Source of the DNA: Eledone cirrhosa
Lineage: Eukaryota
DNA length: 64,000 nt
NCBI GenBank assembly: GCA_964016885.1
Contig: OZ024752.1
Coordinates: 19,344,001 to 19,408,000, forward strand
Direction of reading: 5' to 3'
Position numbers and translations under genes: made by a program
Shown: piece after piece, positions 24,185-51,324 of the stretch
Position numbering within the stretch: position 1 is the first letter of the stretch
Layout: every line of letters begins with the position of its first letter
Notes under the pieces: generated by a model
The model's database searches: none
Seen by the model: the letters and a program-made list of their open reading frames with translations, nothing else
What the model was told of the DNA's origin: nothing

Positions 24185-25051
24185 CTGCATTTGTCAGGTA
24201 CCTCAATGTCAAACACTGAAGTTACAACTTCACAAAGTTATCCTCTTACTTCCACACCTATTTTACCAACATCAAATAATCCTCAAATATCAGTGAAAGA
24301 TCTTTTATTATTTGACCAAAATTCTCTCAGCATGACTCAAAATACCTCTGAAGAACACCTACTCCATTCATTGCCTCCAAGAACTGCTGAGCAGCATAGC
24401 AGCAAGCGTTTGTGCCTTAAATCGAACATGAATGTCAATACAATTACAAAGAAATCTCTACTTTCAGACCACAATTCTCCAGAGAAGAGACCTCCAGCTA
24501 ATAAGAAGAATCGGCGTAAACAAAAATTTGTATTGAAGGAAATGAATCCATTAGACTCCTCTAATATAGAAGATTCATTTTTACTGAATACTGAATTAAA
24601 AGCTAAAGACATACATTCTATTTCAAATACCAGTTTACAGATAGTATCTTCTTCTTTATCACTTACTCAAAAACCATCTGTAATCCCAGTGACAAACGCA
24701 TGTGATAGTTCTCGAGAATGTTCTTATGATGATTTGACACAAAAAGAGGACCAAACATTTTCAGTTAACTTAGATTCCAATTCTCGTAGAAAACCTAATA
24801 TATTGTCAAGGAAGACTTTTTCACAGAATAACTTTACTACCAATCAAGATACTCTTGAAAAGTTATCTATGTTTTCAACCAGCACAACCAATAACTTTTT
24901 TGTATCAGATTTAGTGAATTTATTTGATATTTCAACCGCCTCTTGTAACAATCTAGAAAGCAGCAGAGATGAGTCACATGACCATTTGAATGACATTCCA
25001 AACGACCTCATTGATGAAAGTGTTCTCTGGAATGATGATAATTTTATGTAA
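7252..25051 (+). CDS. FOXM1: Forkhead box M-like transcription factor, ~822 aa; coding exons 7252-8083, 10931-10977, 13057-13224, 17761-18031, 19034-19165, 20732-20896, 24198-25051
   Basis: All six introns GT-AG with consistent phases (1,0,0,1,1,1); total 2469 nt ends in TAA. Forkhead domain [47 protein letters not shown]|[16 protein letters not shown] shares FOXM1-typical [13 protein letters not shown], KxGWK and FVRE; downstream [11 protein letters not shown]...AYALIPI resembles FOXM1 RRKMKPLLPR.SSYLVPI. Confidence 0.8.
8860..9900 (-). pseudogene. Decayed Tc1/mariner transposase, DD39D-type
   Basis: Motifs [58 protein letters not shown]; stops, frameshifts and loss of the third-Asp motif. 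Confidence 0.85.
9920..10680. repeat. 25-bp minisatellite, ~30 copies, with a 275-bp (11-unit) higher-order duplication
   Basis: Unit CWAGATGTATATAAACTCTGCCAGA; variant series starting at 10021 recurs at 10296. Confidence 0.95.
10931..10977 (+). CDS. FOXM1: FoxM-like coding exon 2
   Basis: TTTCATAG acceptor, 47 nt open in phase ([16 protein letters not shown]), GTTAGT donor; bridges phase 1 to phase 0. Confidence 0.7.
11195..12545 (-). mobile_element. 5'-truncated RTE-clade LINE (RT domain, C-terminus, (TGA)n tail)
   Basis: [45 protein letters not shown]; 3' end GGACGTAAAA(TGA)n. Confidence 0.92.
13057..13224 (+). CDS. FOXM1: FoxM-like coding exon 3 (forkhead domain, N-terminal part)
   Basis: TTCTAG acceptor; [19 protein letters not shown]...GWK; GTTTGT donor. 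Confidence 0.92.
13548..17712. repeat. 19/20-bp satellite (~210 units) in the intron splitting the forkhead domain
   Basis: Units GTTCAACAGAACTGTTTGT(T) with variants GTTTAACTCAACTGTTTGTT; marker blocks recur at ~13855, 14755, 15497, 16907. Confidence 0.97.
17761..18031 (+). CDS. FOXM1: FoxM-like coding exon 4 (helix 3/wings plus Ser/Ala tract)
   Basis: TTTTTATAG acceptor; [27 protein letters not shown]...; GTAAGT donor at 18032. Confidence 0.92.
18560..18900 (+). mobile_element. Old RTE LINE remnant (other remnants ~22020-22440, 25505-25710)
   Basis: [13 protein letters not shown]..[13 protein letters not shown]; RWLGHVLRKDENDWV...GRP in the 25.5-kb copy. Confidence 0.6.
19034..19165 (+). 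CDS. FOXM1: FoxM-like coding exon 5
   Basis: CTTTACAG acceptor, 132 nt open phase 1-1 ending TRRK, GTCAGT donor. Confidence 0.75.
20732..20896 (+). CDS. FOXM1: FoxM-like coding exon 6
   Basis: TTTTTTTAG acceptor; [21 protein letters not shown]...; GTATCA donor. Confidence 0.8.
21645..21983 (+). mobile_element. Two adjacent copies of the dominant SINE family (>20 copies across the window, e.g. 28582-29010, 35338-35700, 36055-36225, 46905-47090, 48947-49135, 54653-54839, 55634-55816, 58608-58822, 61750-61942, 62417-62601)
   Basis: Shared GAGTTCAAATCCCGCCGAGGTYRACTTTGCCTTTCATCCTTACGGGGTCGATAAAATAAAGTACCAG body with tRNA-like head and (ATT)n-like tail; core resembles the Meta/Sauria-SINE domain. 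Confidence 0.9.
22627..23050 (+). repeat. 45-47 bp tandem repeat (~9 copies) inside a SINE-like element extending to ~23205
   Basis: Unit GTGGTCATGTTGGTGTCACGACAAAAGGCATCCAGTCCACACTGTAA; same unit in 1-3 copies at ~12830-12965 (-), 29415-29500, 31825-31877. Confidence 0.9.
23379..23670. repeat. Compound microsatellite [(TA)n TTTATTTAATGC]n
   Basis: Direct observation; also at 24100-24170. Confidence 0.9.
23872..23931 (+). ncRNA. Minimal type I hammerhead ribozyme motif (Penelope-associated), degenerate
   Basis: TTAT-CTGATGA-AGGCGTACTG..CAGTACCTTT-GAAA-TATATA-TA-ATAA. Confidence 0.55.
24198..25051 (+). CDS. FOXM1: FoxM-like terminal coding exon (basic NLS-like patch, acidic C-terminus)
   Basis: TTGTCAG acceptor in phase 1; 284 codons to TAA; KKNRRKQK; acidic/hydrophobic end [15 protein letters not shown]. 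Confidence 0.85.
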
Positions 25052-25734
25052 CTAAAAATAATTAAAACTAACTCATCTAATGGTTAGGATGCTTCATTTA
25101 CGATCATAATGTCATCAGTTCAATTCCTGGACAGGCTACTGCATTGTGTTCTTGAGCAAGACACTTTATTTCACATTGCTCCAGTACACTCAGCTGAGAG
25201 TGAGAACCAGCAATAGCTGGGGAGTTAATCTTACAATAGACTGGTGTCTTGTTCTGGGAGACTCTTGTACTCTGAGTTGTTTAACACCAATGAAACTGAG
25301 GATAAGTACTGGCCCGATGATCCTTCGGCTTAGAACAGACTTTAACTTAGTGTTATATGTTTATGAATATGATGTTTTGGTGTTAAAGCAATTTTCAGTA
25401 ACACAGTGACTATTTAAGTCTTTATGGTTTAACATAAACACTTTTTACCCCTACATAAGTTATATTTGTAAATATAGTAATTTATATCATGAAAATAAGG
25501 CTAGTAATGAGTGTTGTGAGAGAAATGGAATGAGATGGTTGGGTCATGTGTTGAGGAAGGATGAAAATGACTGGGTGAGAAGAGTGATGGGAATGAATGT
25601 GGAAGGAAGTAGAGGAAAGGGAAGACCAATAAAGACATGGCTAAAGATGATCGCGGAGGAAATGAAAACCAGGGAATTGGTGAGAAGAAATGCAGGGAAA
25701 AATGACCTTAAAATGCTTCTAGTCTTGTATCATA

Positions 25735-25923
25735 TTTAAACCGGCCAGAATTCTTTCACCCCTTTCTGTTCAAACCGACTGTAACCAGCCACTCATACTG
25801 ATGTTAAGGTATTGTTCTCAAAATAAATATCAAAATCTCATAGATTTGATATTATATGAGATAAAGTCTTTACTACAAAAATACAATAGTATATATAGAG
25901 TAATGTAAATGGTAAAGGGTTAA
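25735..25923 (+). mobile_element. Array-free copy of the TTAA MITE (left end eroded)
   Basis: Body matches 1960-2150; one copy of the 60-bp unit followed by AAAGGG|TTAA. Confidence 0.8.
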
Positions 25924-26044
25924 GTGAAAAAAAGGTTTAAAATTGTAGGTATTCATAATGAACTGTGTTTTAATCTTTTGTTATGAGTGATTAAAAGTTA
26001 AGTTCAGAAGTCTGGTTCAACCATAACATCTAGAACATTTGGAT

Positions 26045-26358
26045 CAGTGATTCCCAACGTGGTGTGCACACCCCACAGGGGGATCAATTTGAATATTTAA
26101 GGGGGCCATTTGAAAATGTTAATGAAAACAAACCTCAGGTTTTACTTTATTACTTTTATACCAAGGTAACTTTGGTAGACATTACTGTCAGAAACTCCTG
26201 TTTCACCTCCACCTATGTCATTGTACATCTGGCACCACCTATACACAAATTTATTGATACTTTGCAGTTGATCATTGCTGTTTTCATGTCAAAGAGGGAC
26301 ATAACAATTTTTTAGATGTTGAGGTGGGGAATGGTAGACAAAAGGTTGTGAACCACTG
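26045..26358. mobile_element. hAT (Charlie-like) MITE
   Basis: TIRs CAGTGATTCCCAAC / GTTGTGAACCACTG; flanking 8-mers ATTTGGAT and AGTTAGAC resemble a decayed NTCTAGAN-type TSD. Confidence 0.65.
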
Positions 26359-26794
26359 AGTTAGACTAGTTTTAAATACTAGTGGAAAGTTATCTCATAA
26401 CTTTAGCCCAGAATACTACTTGCTAGGGAGGCAGACATGGTTGTGTGAGTGAAAAGTTTGTTTTTCAATCAGCAGGTCCCAAATTTGATCCCACTTAAAT
26501 GATTGTTTTTACCATAATTTTAGGTTACCCTAAGACTTATGAGTGAAATTGGGTAGACAGAAACTATATGGAAGCCCATCAGATGGATTGTATCTGAAAT
26601 TCAAAAGACAGGCTTTTTCATACCCTATCATGCAGTTTCTGTTTGGGACATGAAAGGTACATGTTTTACATGTTTGGGTAATGAAATGTTTTACATGTTT
26701 GGGTAAACAGTTTTGTAGAGTAGAAACGGATGGTTCCAGGCAGTTTGGTATCAAATGAGTAAAGCAACTAAATTGAAATAACTATAACTGTGTA

Positions 26795-27100
26795 TTACAT
26801 AGATATACTAGTATTATATATGATATACTTGTATATTTAATGATATACTAGTATTATATATGATATCCTCCTGTAGTTAATGATACAGTAGTATTATATA
26901 TGACATCATCCTGTAGTTAATTATATATGGTATTATATATGATATCCTCCTGTAGCTAATGATCCTAGTATTATATATGATATCCTAGTATTGTATATGA
27001 TATTATTGTATTTAATGATATCCTAGTATTATATATGATATATATAATACCCTCATGTAATTTATGATATACTGACTAGTATCATATATGATATCCTAAT
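26795..27100. repeat. Degenerate ~36-40 bp AT-rich tandem repeat
   Basis: Recurrent TAGTATTATATATGATATCC units. Confidence 0.75.
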
Positions 27101-27873
27101 GGGTATTTTTTCATTTGAAAAATGTTTTTTCATATAAAAATAGGAACTCCTGTTTTTATTTTTATTTTTTTACCAAAAATCATTATATAGTCAACTGCTT
27201 TGTGTTGAAAAGTTGAACTAGTAGATAATAGCATTATAGGTATCAGACATTTCTATAAATTTATTTAGCTGACAATAAATCTTATATACTCATGTACAAT
27301 TACAATTATTTAGACTTTTATTTGTTGATTATTACATGTTATGGATACTATTTTAAAGAGACTGAGATTCACACTAAAATCTCAACACCTATAAGCTGAA
27401 AGAAGAAAGCTGAAATAAACTCTAAATGAATAAAAATAAAGCAATTTATTCCAGTAATAAGACCAATATTTTATACACATTTTGTACTACGAAACCACAT
27501 AAATAAGGATGCATAGTTCTTATAAATATATTCACGTACAATCAGGACATAATAATAATAATAATAATAATGGGATGGTTAGAGAACATTAGTCCAGCCC
27601 CATTTTTTGGAACACTTCAAAAGGCATGCTTACTGGGAACAGCAAGAACCCTCCGATACGTCCTGAATATCTGAGGTTGCAGGTAACAGCTTGATGTTCA
27701 TTTCAACAAACTTTCCAGTTAAATAACATCAATGACTGAGAAATAATAATAAAATTAATTTTCTCATTGAAACACTTGATTCACAAATGTTGAACTGCTT
27801 TCCATGAAAAACTTGAGCCAACTTTTTCATGAGATACATGGATAAATCAGGGTCAAATTTGTGCTATATTGGT

Positions 27874-28087
27874 TTAACCTTTTAGCATTTATACAGACCG
27901 TATCTGGCCCCAATTCTCTCCCCTCTTTCTGTTCAAACTGGTCGTAAATGGCTGCTCATAACAATATTAATGTATTATTCTCAAAATAAATATCAAAATC
28001 TTGTAGATTCGATATTATGCAATATAAAGCCTTTTACCATGAAAATACAATAGTAAATATAGAGTAATGTGAATGCTAAAGAGTTGA
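27874..28087 (+). mobile_element. Full-length array-free TTAA MITE (~210 bp)
   Basis: TTAA CCTTTTAGCATT ... AATGCTAAAGAG TTGA terminal inverted repeats; internal match to the other three copies. Confidence 0.8.
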
Positions 28088-28308
28088 TCAATCGTTTAAA
28101 TTGAAAAGTAATTATATCTTAATAGATTGTAGGTATCAATTATGTCTTTATTAATTTAATCAGTCTATTATTATTAAGAATGCCTTATTGCTCGGCAGGT
28201 TGTGAAAGACAATTAAATCAAAATGGTTCGTATTTTTGTTTATTGAACCAAAGATTTATAAGTTCAACAAGTTTCATAAAAGCTGGAGAGAGAGTTACAG
28301 CAGTTAAG

Positions 28309-28446
28309 TAACCCTTTCGTTACCATATTTCTAATGATAGACACTGCCTGTCATTAACCCTTTCATTACCATATTTCTAATGATAGACACTGCCTGTCAT
28401 TAACCCTTTCATTACCATATTTCTAATGATAGACACTGCCTGTCAT
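28309..28446. repeat. 46-bp tandem triplication of a TTAACCCTTT-type transposon terminus
   Basis: TAACCCTTTCRTTACCATATTTCTAATGATAGACACTGCCTGTCAT x3. Confidence 0.9.
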
Positions 28447-31400
28447 TTGAACAGAACTAGAATTTGAAAAAAGCTGACTCTAACACAAATAGATGCATGT
28501 ATTAGTTGAGCTTAATTTCAAATTTGAATGAAAAATTGTTTCAAGTTTACAAGACATTTCTTTATTATTTAGATTCCCCAGGGTGGTGGACTGGCAGTAT
28601 TGGTAGAGCATCAGACCACATGCTTTGTGGCATAGAGTTATAGCCCTTTACATTCTGAATTTAAGTTCCACAGAAGTTAGCTTTGCTTTTCATCCTTGTG
28701 GGGTCGATAAAATAAAGTACCAGTAATGCAATGGGGTCGATTTAATCAGTTTTCCCCATCCTTTCAAATTGTTGGCCTTGTGCCTAAATCAGAAATTGGC
28801 AGAATCAGTAGAGCGGCGAACAACAGGCTTTGTGGCATAGAGTTATGGTCCTTTATGTTCTGAGTTCAAATCCCGCTGAGGTTGGTTAACTTTGCCTTTC
28901 ATCCTTACGGAGTCGATAAAATAAAGTACCAGTTATGCCCTGGGGTCAATTTAATCGACTTTCCCCTCCCCTTCAAATTGCTGGCCTTGTGCCTAAATCA
29001 GAAACCATTATTTAATATTCCCATAAAAGTTTACTTAAAAATTTGGATAATTTCTGCTTTGTTCTTTATTGTTGTATTGTCTTGTGAGATGTGGAATTAA
29101 AATTGTGATAGGTCTGATATTCACTGTGTTGGCACGGCTGTCTCATATGTTTCTTATAAAACATTCTTAATTATAATATCTATGAATGATACTAAATGTA
29201 ATGTCATCAGAAGTGGAAGTCACTAATGCAAATATCATTTGTGAAACAGTCTGCTTTTTCATGTTAATGATTTGGTAGAATTAGAAAGACTATTCAAATT
29301 AACAATTGTAACATATATAAACAATTCATGTAAATATTGACAGAGGAACAAAATAGGACTTGAAAAGGTTTTGGTTTTCTCAACATTAATACTATTAATT
29401 ATGATAAAGATGTAGGTGTCACGAGAAAAAACACACAGTCCACGCTGTAATGTGGCCGTGTAGGTAACACGGTAAAAAGTTCCCAGTTCCACACTGTAAA
29501 TGTGGTTGGTGTTAGGAAGGGCATCCAGCCGTAGAAAACCTGCCAGATAATCCTATATGAGCGAGACACGGTCACCCGACCAACCTTGCCTCAAGTGGGA
29601 CAACTCCCGTCTAACCCATGCTAGCGTGGAAAATGGACGTTAAACGAAGATGATGATGATATGTCTCTATAAATACATATATATATTAATATGTGACTCC
29701 CGGGTTCTATAGGGGGTAGCCACAGTAAGATACTCAATACAACAAAATTTAATATAGAAATGGCTTCTACAGGACTAGAAATTGTGTTATATATATTAAT
29801 ATATATATATATATATATTTATTATGATATATTCTATTCTGTACCATGTTCTTCCATTTGTCTGCTGTTTCTCTGAAGTACAACACCTCAGGAGGATGCT
29901 GCTTCAGGGTCCCATAGTATTGTGAATATATAATATATTCACAATACTTCATGGTATTTGTTCCAGCTCTCTGAGTTCAAATCCCACCGAGGTCAACTTT
30001 GCCTTTCATCTATTCGAGGTTGATAAAAAAAAGTACCAGTCTAGTACTGGGGTTGATTCTTACTCTATATTTTTTCTCACTTCCTTTCTCTCACTCTCTC
30101 TCCTTCTCTGGAAGAAATCTGCTGTATTTAGGCCTGGAAAGGAGATGGGCTCTGCCAGATTTAAAAAAAAACTACTCTAAGAAATGCTGCAGGTCAATAT
30201 GACACCCTTAGGAGTTATGGGTTCATACCATACCATCTATTTTAATATTGACAGTTTGGTTTTTAAAATATTTTATGTAAGACATTTCTAAGTACTAATG
30301 TGATTATCATCTACCAAGTTAATTATATAATTTTTATTTGCCAAACATTCTGTTGTCAAGATTTTCATATTTTCAATCTATATATTGCATTTTTTTTTTT
30401 TGCCTGGTAACCACCATTTACAAACAGTCTCAAATCAATTTTCATTATATTATGTTATTGTTATATTGATCCACATTATCATGTTTTTCTTATCTGAAAT
30501 GTTTCATTGACCCAAGTTGAAACAGAAAGTGAATAAATTATTTCACCATTACATTTGTTGCTTTATAATTTATTAATTATAAACAAAACATTTAAAAACC
30601 AAATTACAGTGGCTCAGTGCTTATTTGACTAACCCAATAAAAGATCCATAGCATATGTTCATGAAGGCGATGAATTGGCAGAGTCGTTAGAACGTCAGAT
30701 AGAATACTTTGTTGAACTGCTCCCTGAGTTCAAATCTCGCCGAGGGCAACTTTGCCTTTCATCTATTCGAGGTTGATAAAAAAAAGTACCTGCCTAGTAT
30801 TGAGGTCGATTCTTCCTCCATATTTCTTTCTCACTCTCTATCCTTCTCTGTATTCAGACCTAGAGAGAGGAGATTGGTGTCGCCAGGTTTTAAAATGCCT
30901 TAGATACACCGTATATCAATGCAGTGTTCTTATGACTTCCTCGGCAGTTACGGAGAGCAAAATAAATATGTTCACAATTTTTTTTTATAAATAGCAATTT
31001 TTAAAAAAATACTTTCATTATTGTATGTAGTTCTAATTGTTAATACTTTCAATTTGTGTTTGTCATTAACTCTGAAATGCGTTCATCATGTCTTCCAATT
31101 TTATACTAAGGAATAATATCATTTAGGACAATGGCAGATTTTATACAAGAAAACAATTTCATTGCAAAAGAAAGTCATTTCATTTATACTTTTATCAACA
31201 TAATTGTAATTTACACCTAAAATGTATCCCTGCAAAATTTTATTTAAAATTATGCATTATTAAGAAAAATTGGACTCCATAAATTCAGGGGTGGATTATA
31301 CCAATTTACCAGCAGAAACTACGAGGCCAATATTGCTTGATCATGCCACCCTTTCTCTCATGCAGCAAAGTTTCAACATGTTTCAGATGTGGAGAGCTAG

Positions 31401-32721
31401 CTGGCAACAGACATCTCAACCAGCCTAACTATCAATACAGTCCTTCCACCTGGTGCTAACCTCTGTCAGAGGATGTCCCTGAATTGACTGTGTTGACTGA
31501 TTCAATGCTGTCATGCATATAACTTGTCACTTTCAGCAGATTATCTCTCAGGAACTTCTACTGCTCCTCTATATTGTATGTCTCTAGTTGTTCTTCCTTA
31601 CTGATATATACACATATATATGACACTGGACCACGACCTCTGGTGCTATGCAGTATTACAGAAGACCCACCCTCTGTTATTCTCAGGCTGAAGTTTATAC
31701 CTAGTAGGCAACACCTTCCCCAACCTTCTCCCGTCTGTTCACCTCCCCTACTACCTATGTCCGCAATTTCCCCAAGCTTCCTCCCCCCTCCCTAGTCCCA
31801 AGACAAAAGTACCCAGGCCCCATTGTAATGTGGTCATGTCGGTGACCTGACAAAAAGCACCCAGTCCACACTGTAAATGTGATTGGTGGTAAGAAGGGCA
31901 CACAACTGTAGAAACCAGGCCAAAATCTCCCCTGGGGGAGTTTAACAGGGTCCTCTGACCTGTTTTTCTCCCTAAGGGTCAATCCGTCCTACCCATGAAG
32001 ATGGACGTTAAATGGGGTCAATCCGTCCTACCCATGAAGATGGACGTTAAATGACGAGGATGATGATATATATATATGTATGATGTGTGTATATCTGTAT
32101 ATATATATATGGTGTATGTATATGTACGGTATATGTATATGCACACAGATATATATACATGTGTATATATGTATATTATGCTGGTACCACAAAACATCCA
32201 GCCCACACCACAATGTGGTTGGCGTTAGGAAGGGCATCCAGCCGTAGAAAACCAGCCAGAAACTATGTGAGTGAGACACGGACACTCGACACAACTTGCT
32301 TCTAAATGGGACAAACCCATCTAACATGGAAGATAGACGTTAATTGATGATGATGATGATGATATCGTTTACAAATATATTATATCATAGATGTTCTGGA
32401 AGAGGTTTATCGAGCTTTTTACTGAGAAACATTATTGATATATATTTTTTATGTATTGATTAAACCTAAAATTAACTTTTATGTATATATATATATATAT
32501 ACGTTTAAATTTGGTGTTTACCACTGGGTAGAATTGGTCATTCTGCAATGTTAACCATAGTGTAATATGAGAAAAGCACTCGACGGTATGCAACTCATCC
32601 ATCTTTGATGTTGAATCATGTTGGTGGTGCGGGAACGGAGTAAATGTATTATAAAGTTTATTTATTTCACTTTATAATATATATATATATATAATATAAC
32701 ATTAACTTCACATTACACTCC

Positions 32722-32754
<33 letters not shown>

Positions 32755-32861
32755 ACATCATTGTTTTTACATCTGCTTTTCCATGCTTGAATGGGTTATA
32801 TATATATTTAATATAATAATATATACAGTATACACAATCTACAAACATAGCTTTGTTACAA

Positions 32862-32875
32862 TTTATTTCTTTATT
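32862..32875 (-). promoter_or_regulatory. Candidate polyadenylation signals of the calponin-homology gene
   Basis: Two AATAAA hexamers on the minus strand ~390 nt after the stop codon. Confidence 0.4.
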
Positions 32876-33263
32876 GTGACACAACTAAAAGAAAATATGC
32901 AAAAAATATTTATGTAAGGCAACACGGTGAAGATTTTAAGTAAGTTTATTTCCATAGGCTTTAATTAACTAAAATCTACTGTCAGAGTTAAAATATTTTT
33001 CATCATTTTGCAATAAAGAAAGTATCAGGAAAATAAAATAAATGTATATGTATTGCACCTGCAATATATTTCTATTAATTATAGGAGTTACTTTAAAGTG
33101 TAATAAGAGGGAAAAAGATATGTAGAAGTCATAAGAATGAGTATGTTTAAGTAAAAGTAGAGTTTAATGGTAACTTGACATATGTTTTTAAAGAAGCAGT
33201 AACTCCACTAAGGATTTTAGCTATAGATTAAACTCCCAAGAAAGTAGTTTAGAGAGCCAGTGT

Positions 33264-47645
<14,382 letters not shown>

Positions 47646-47920
47646 GCTAGTTGTTATAACTTCTTACGGGAGGGATGAGAAAGATTCTGAAAAGAAAATG
47701 TGCAAATGAAGTTAAGAATTCAGTCTCATTCGTTAAAAATCCCCGACTCTTCCTGAAACACACATACACACACGAACACATACTCGCACACACATATATA
47801 GATGTGTGTGAGCACAATGAAAACTTGTTGGGACAAACCTTTTATTAACTGACTTCCCTCTATCTATCTATCTGTTATACTTTGCATTTGTCTCTATACC
47901 TTTGTATGTATGTGTGTGTC

Positions 47921-47994
<74 letters not shown>

Positions 47995-48652
47995 AAAGTT
48001 ATTCCGGGTTGAATCGGAGGTAACCACAGTAAGTAACTCAATAGATAGCAGAGTATAAATGTTTTAATATAGAAGAGCTTCTACAAGACTAGAACTGTTT
48101 CATTCGTGAGAAATCATCAGGAAGCTGGCTGTCCAAGTAAGTGGTGGTATTTATATCTTTTCTTTTCTGGTGGTAGGAGAGGGTGGGGATTGGGTTGGGT
48201 GTAGGTCATTGGTTAAAGGATTTAAAGAAAAGGGAGTTCATTAAAAGCTAATTCTTTAAAGCTATAATATTAACAAAGGCAGAAAGAATACTGTAAACAA
48301 ATTCAAATTTGGTATACCAATCCTTGTTTATCACTTAGACTAACAATGCCTGTAAGACAGGTGTCTAAGGGGTGGGTGGGGTTCATTGGTTTAAAGAAAA
48401 GGAAGATTCTTTAGAAGCTAATTCTTTATGACTGAAGTAAGGGTGACAAAGGCAGAAAGGATTCCATCAACAGATTCAAGTGTTGGGGTGATTCTCCTTA
48501 TTGTGAAGTTTCTCTTAATATGTATTCCAGGTGTCGACAAACACAGTCACACTCGCGCCCACTTATACACGTACACACACATACAAGCGCGCACACATAG
48601 GCAGGCACACACACAACAAACATACATAATGGTACATGCACACATACATACG

Positions 48653-48688
<36 letters not shown>

Positions 48689-49279
48689 TATATACACATA
48701 TATGTGTACATACATACGCTTACATATATACACACATATATACATACATACACATACACACATATATATATAAATATAGACACATACATATACATATATA
48801 CATATACATATATACATATACACATATATATATATATACACACATATATATGTATATGACCAAAGTTTAATATGGTTCATTGATTACTCAATGAATATAG
48901 TTTTACAATAGATTAAAAACACCCTACAAGAAAGTTTTCTGGAGTTCGGTGAATTGGCAGTATCGGTAGAGGGTCGGATATGCTTTCCAGCATAGTTACG
49001 TCCCTTTACGATCTGAGTTCAAATCCCGTCGAGGTTAACTTTGCCTTTCATCCATACAGAGGTCGATAAAATAAAGTACCAGTAATGTACTGAGTAATTG
49101 CTGGCCTTGTGCCAAAAGTAGAAACAGTTATTATTATTCAGAATAATAATAAATGAAGACATTCACATAATCATAATATATGTTCTGTCCTACGCCATCT
49201 TGTTTTTGTGACACACACAAAAACAAGATGGCATAGGGCAGAACAAAGGAGAGGCACAAAACAAAGAAAAAAATCCCCA

Positions 49280-49322
49280 GTCACTGAAGAGGTCACAGAA
49301 TGTGTGACGAAAGAACTATGAC
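49280..49322 (+). ncRNA. Minimal type I hammerhead ribozyme motif; paralog at 60209-60251
   Basis: GTCA-CTGAAGAG-GTCACA GAATG TGTGAC-GAAA-GAAC-TA-TGAC: stem I GTCA/TGAC, 6-bp stem II, minimal stem III. Confidence 0.65.
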
Positions 49323-49457
49323 AATATATGAACAATCGTCCGGTTGTGGAACCAACCAACCAACCGGAAATTTATAATTTAATTTATAATAAATTGGAGT
49401 GAAAGCAACCGGTGCGTGTGTTTCTTATTGGCAACATGACCCTCCCAAAGTATTACA

Positions 49458-49489
<32 letters not shown>

Positions 49490-51324
49490 CATTTAAAATT
49501 ATCCACATTAAATGTAATAATAGCTTCACCCACTAAGGAACGTTTGTGCCAGAAGTCTCTTAACGGAGATCTCGGTCCTCACGGTATCAAGTTAAGACAT
49601 ACATGTATACAAATAAGACCGTCAATTGCCCAAACCCGATCTAGAATAAATACACAGCCACGAAATACGACCGTCAATTCTCCTAACCCGTAAATAGTAC
49701 ACCCATAAAATGAAAGCCAGCTATAAACTAAGCGCCTATACTTGATGTCAGACATCGTACATATTCCCTGATCCTTATATTCCCTAAACCAAACACCAAC
49801 CCACACTAATTACTAGTATGAGGGAGACAGACTTTATCAAGCTGCAGCTCTCATATTACCAAGTTTATGTATAATATTACTACTTGTAGCAACTATGACC
49901 CCATTGCGCAGGAATCTACATCAACTGGACCTAAACCCTAGAAATATTAACTTAATCTAAAACGGTATCCTGCTTTATAAACTGACACCCCTGCAACCAC
50001 CTGTTAGCCAAACCGTATCCCGAACTAGGTGAAATTATTAATCAATATTATAATGGTTTCTGATTTAGACACAAGGCCAATAATTTTTGGGGAGAGGAAA
50101 GTCGATTAAATCGCCCCCAGTGCATTACTGGTACTTTATCTACCCCGTACGGATGAAAGGCAAAGCTAACCTCGGCGGGATTTGAACTCTTGTAATAAGA
50201 GCGCTTTCTGTCTGTCCCTCTCTCCGCCTGTCAAGCTCACTTTATATAGAGAGGGCGAGTGCCATGCGAGAGATATGTACATAGAAAGAACAGGAATATC
50301 ATTTGTTTAGAGAGAGAGAGAGTGTGTGTGTGTGTGTGACAGAAAGAAGGAGAAGACGTCTCCCCAATCCAGTAAAGTCATGAAATAGAAATTACCATTA
50401 AAAGACTTAATACGAAAATCAAATCCCCAAAACGTGAAAAAGAAACAAAAAGATGGAAACTCGTGTCTGATACACATAACCTATAATAAAAAAGGTTTAA
50501 GATATTGAAATTTAGATAAATTATGAAACTAATTTTTATCTAAATATCAAATTGTTGACTAAAAATACCTAAAACAGTTTTCCTTCTACACACAGTGTAC
50601 CTAAGAATACACCGTGGAATGTGTCCTAAGACAGTAGGATGTAATTTTGAGGAGATTCAATTGCTATTTCTCATAAAGCTCCTTAGATCTTTGGTGCATC
50701 ACAAGGTAAAACAATTCTGTGATGATATTAGTCGACCGCGAGAACAGTGGATTGACAATATCGGTAGAGCGTCGGACACCAAGCTGTGTGGCATAGAGTT
50801 ACGTCCCTTTGTGTTCTGAGTTCAAATCGCGCTGAGATTAGCTTTTTTTTCCTTTCATCCGTACGGGGTCGATGAACTAAAGTACCAGTAATGCACTGGG
50901 ATCGATTTAATCACATTTGCTCTCCCCAAATTGTTGGCCTTGTGCCAAAATCAGAAACCATTATCAGACAACTGTCAAAACGTTTAAATCTAATTCTAAT
51001 AAATTATTTCTGTAAGGTGTGTTTATTCTTGTGCCAGGTAACAATGTAAGATGAGGTGAATTTAAACAAAAAAAAAAAGTAGTTCAGAATTAATAAGCGA
51101 AAGTCTGCCAGTAATACCTGTGTGGTATGTTTTGGCATATCAATGTCAGGTATGCGGAACCAAAAATGGAGAATGAAGACAGGTGATTTGTAATGTAGCG
51201 TTAGAAACAGTTCTATGTCTACTTCTCTGCTGAGATATTTAGTTCCTCTATGTAATGATGCACCATTACTGTTATTGTTGGCTTAATAATAGTGTTGTGT
51301 ATTTGTCCGTCACACACTAGATAT

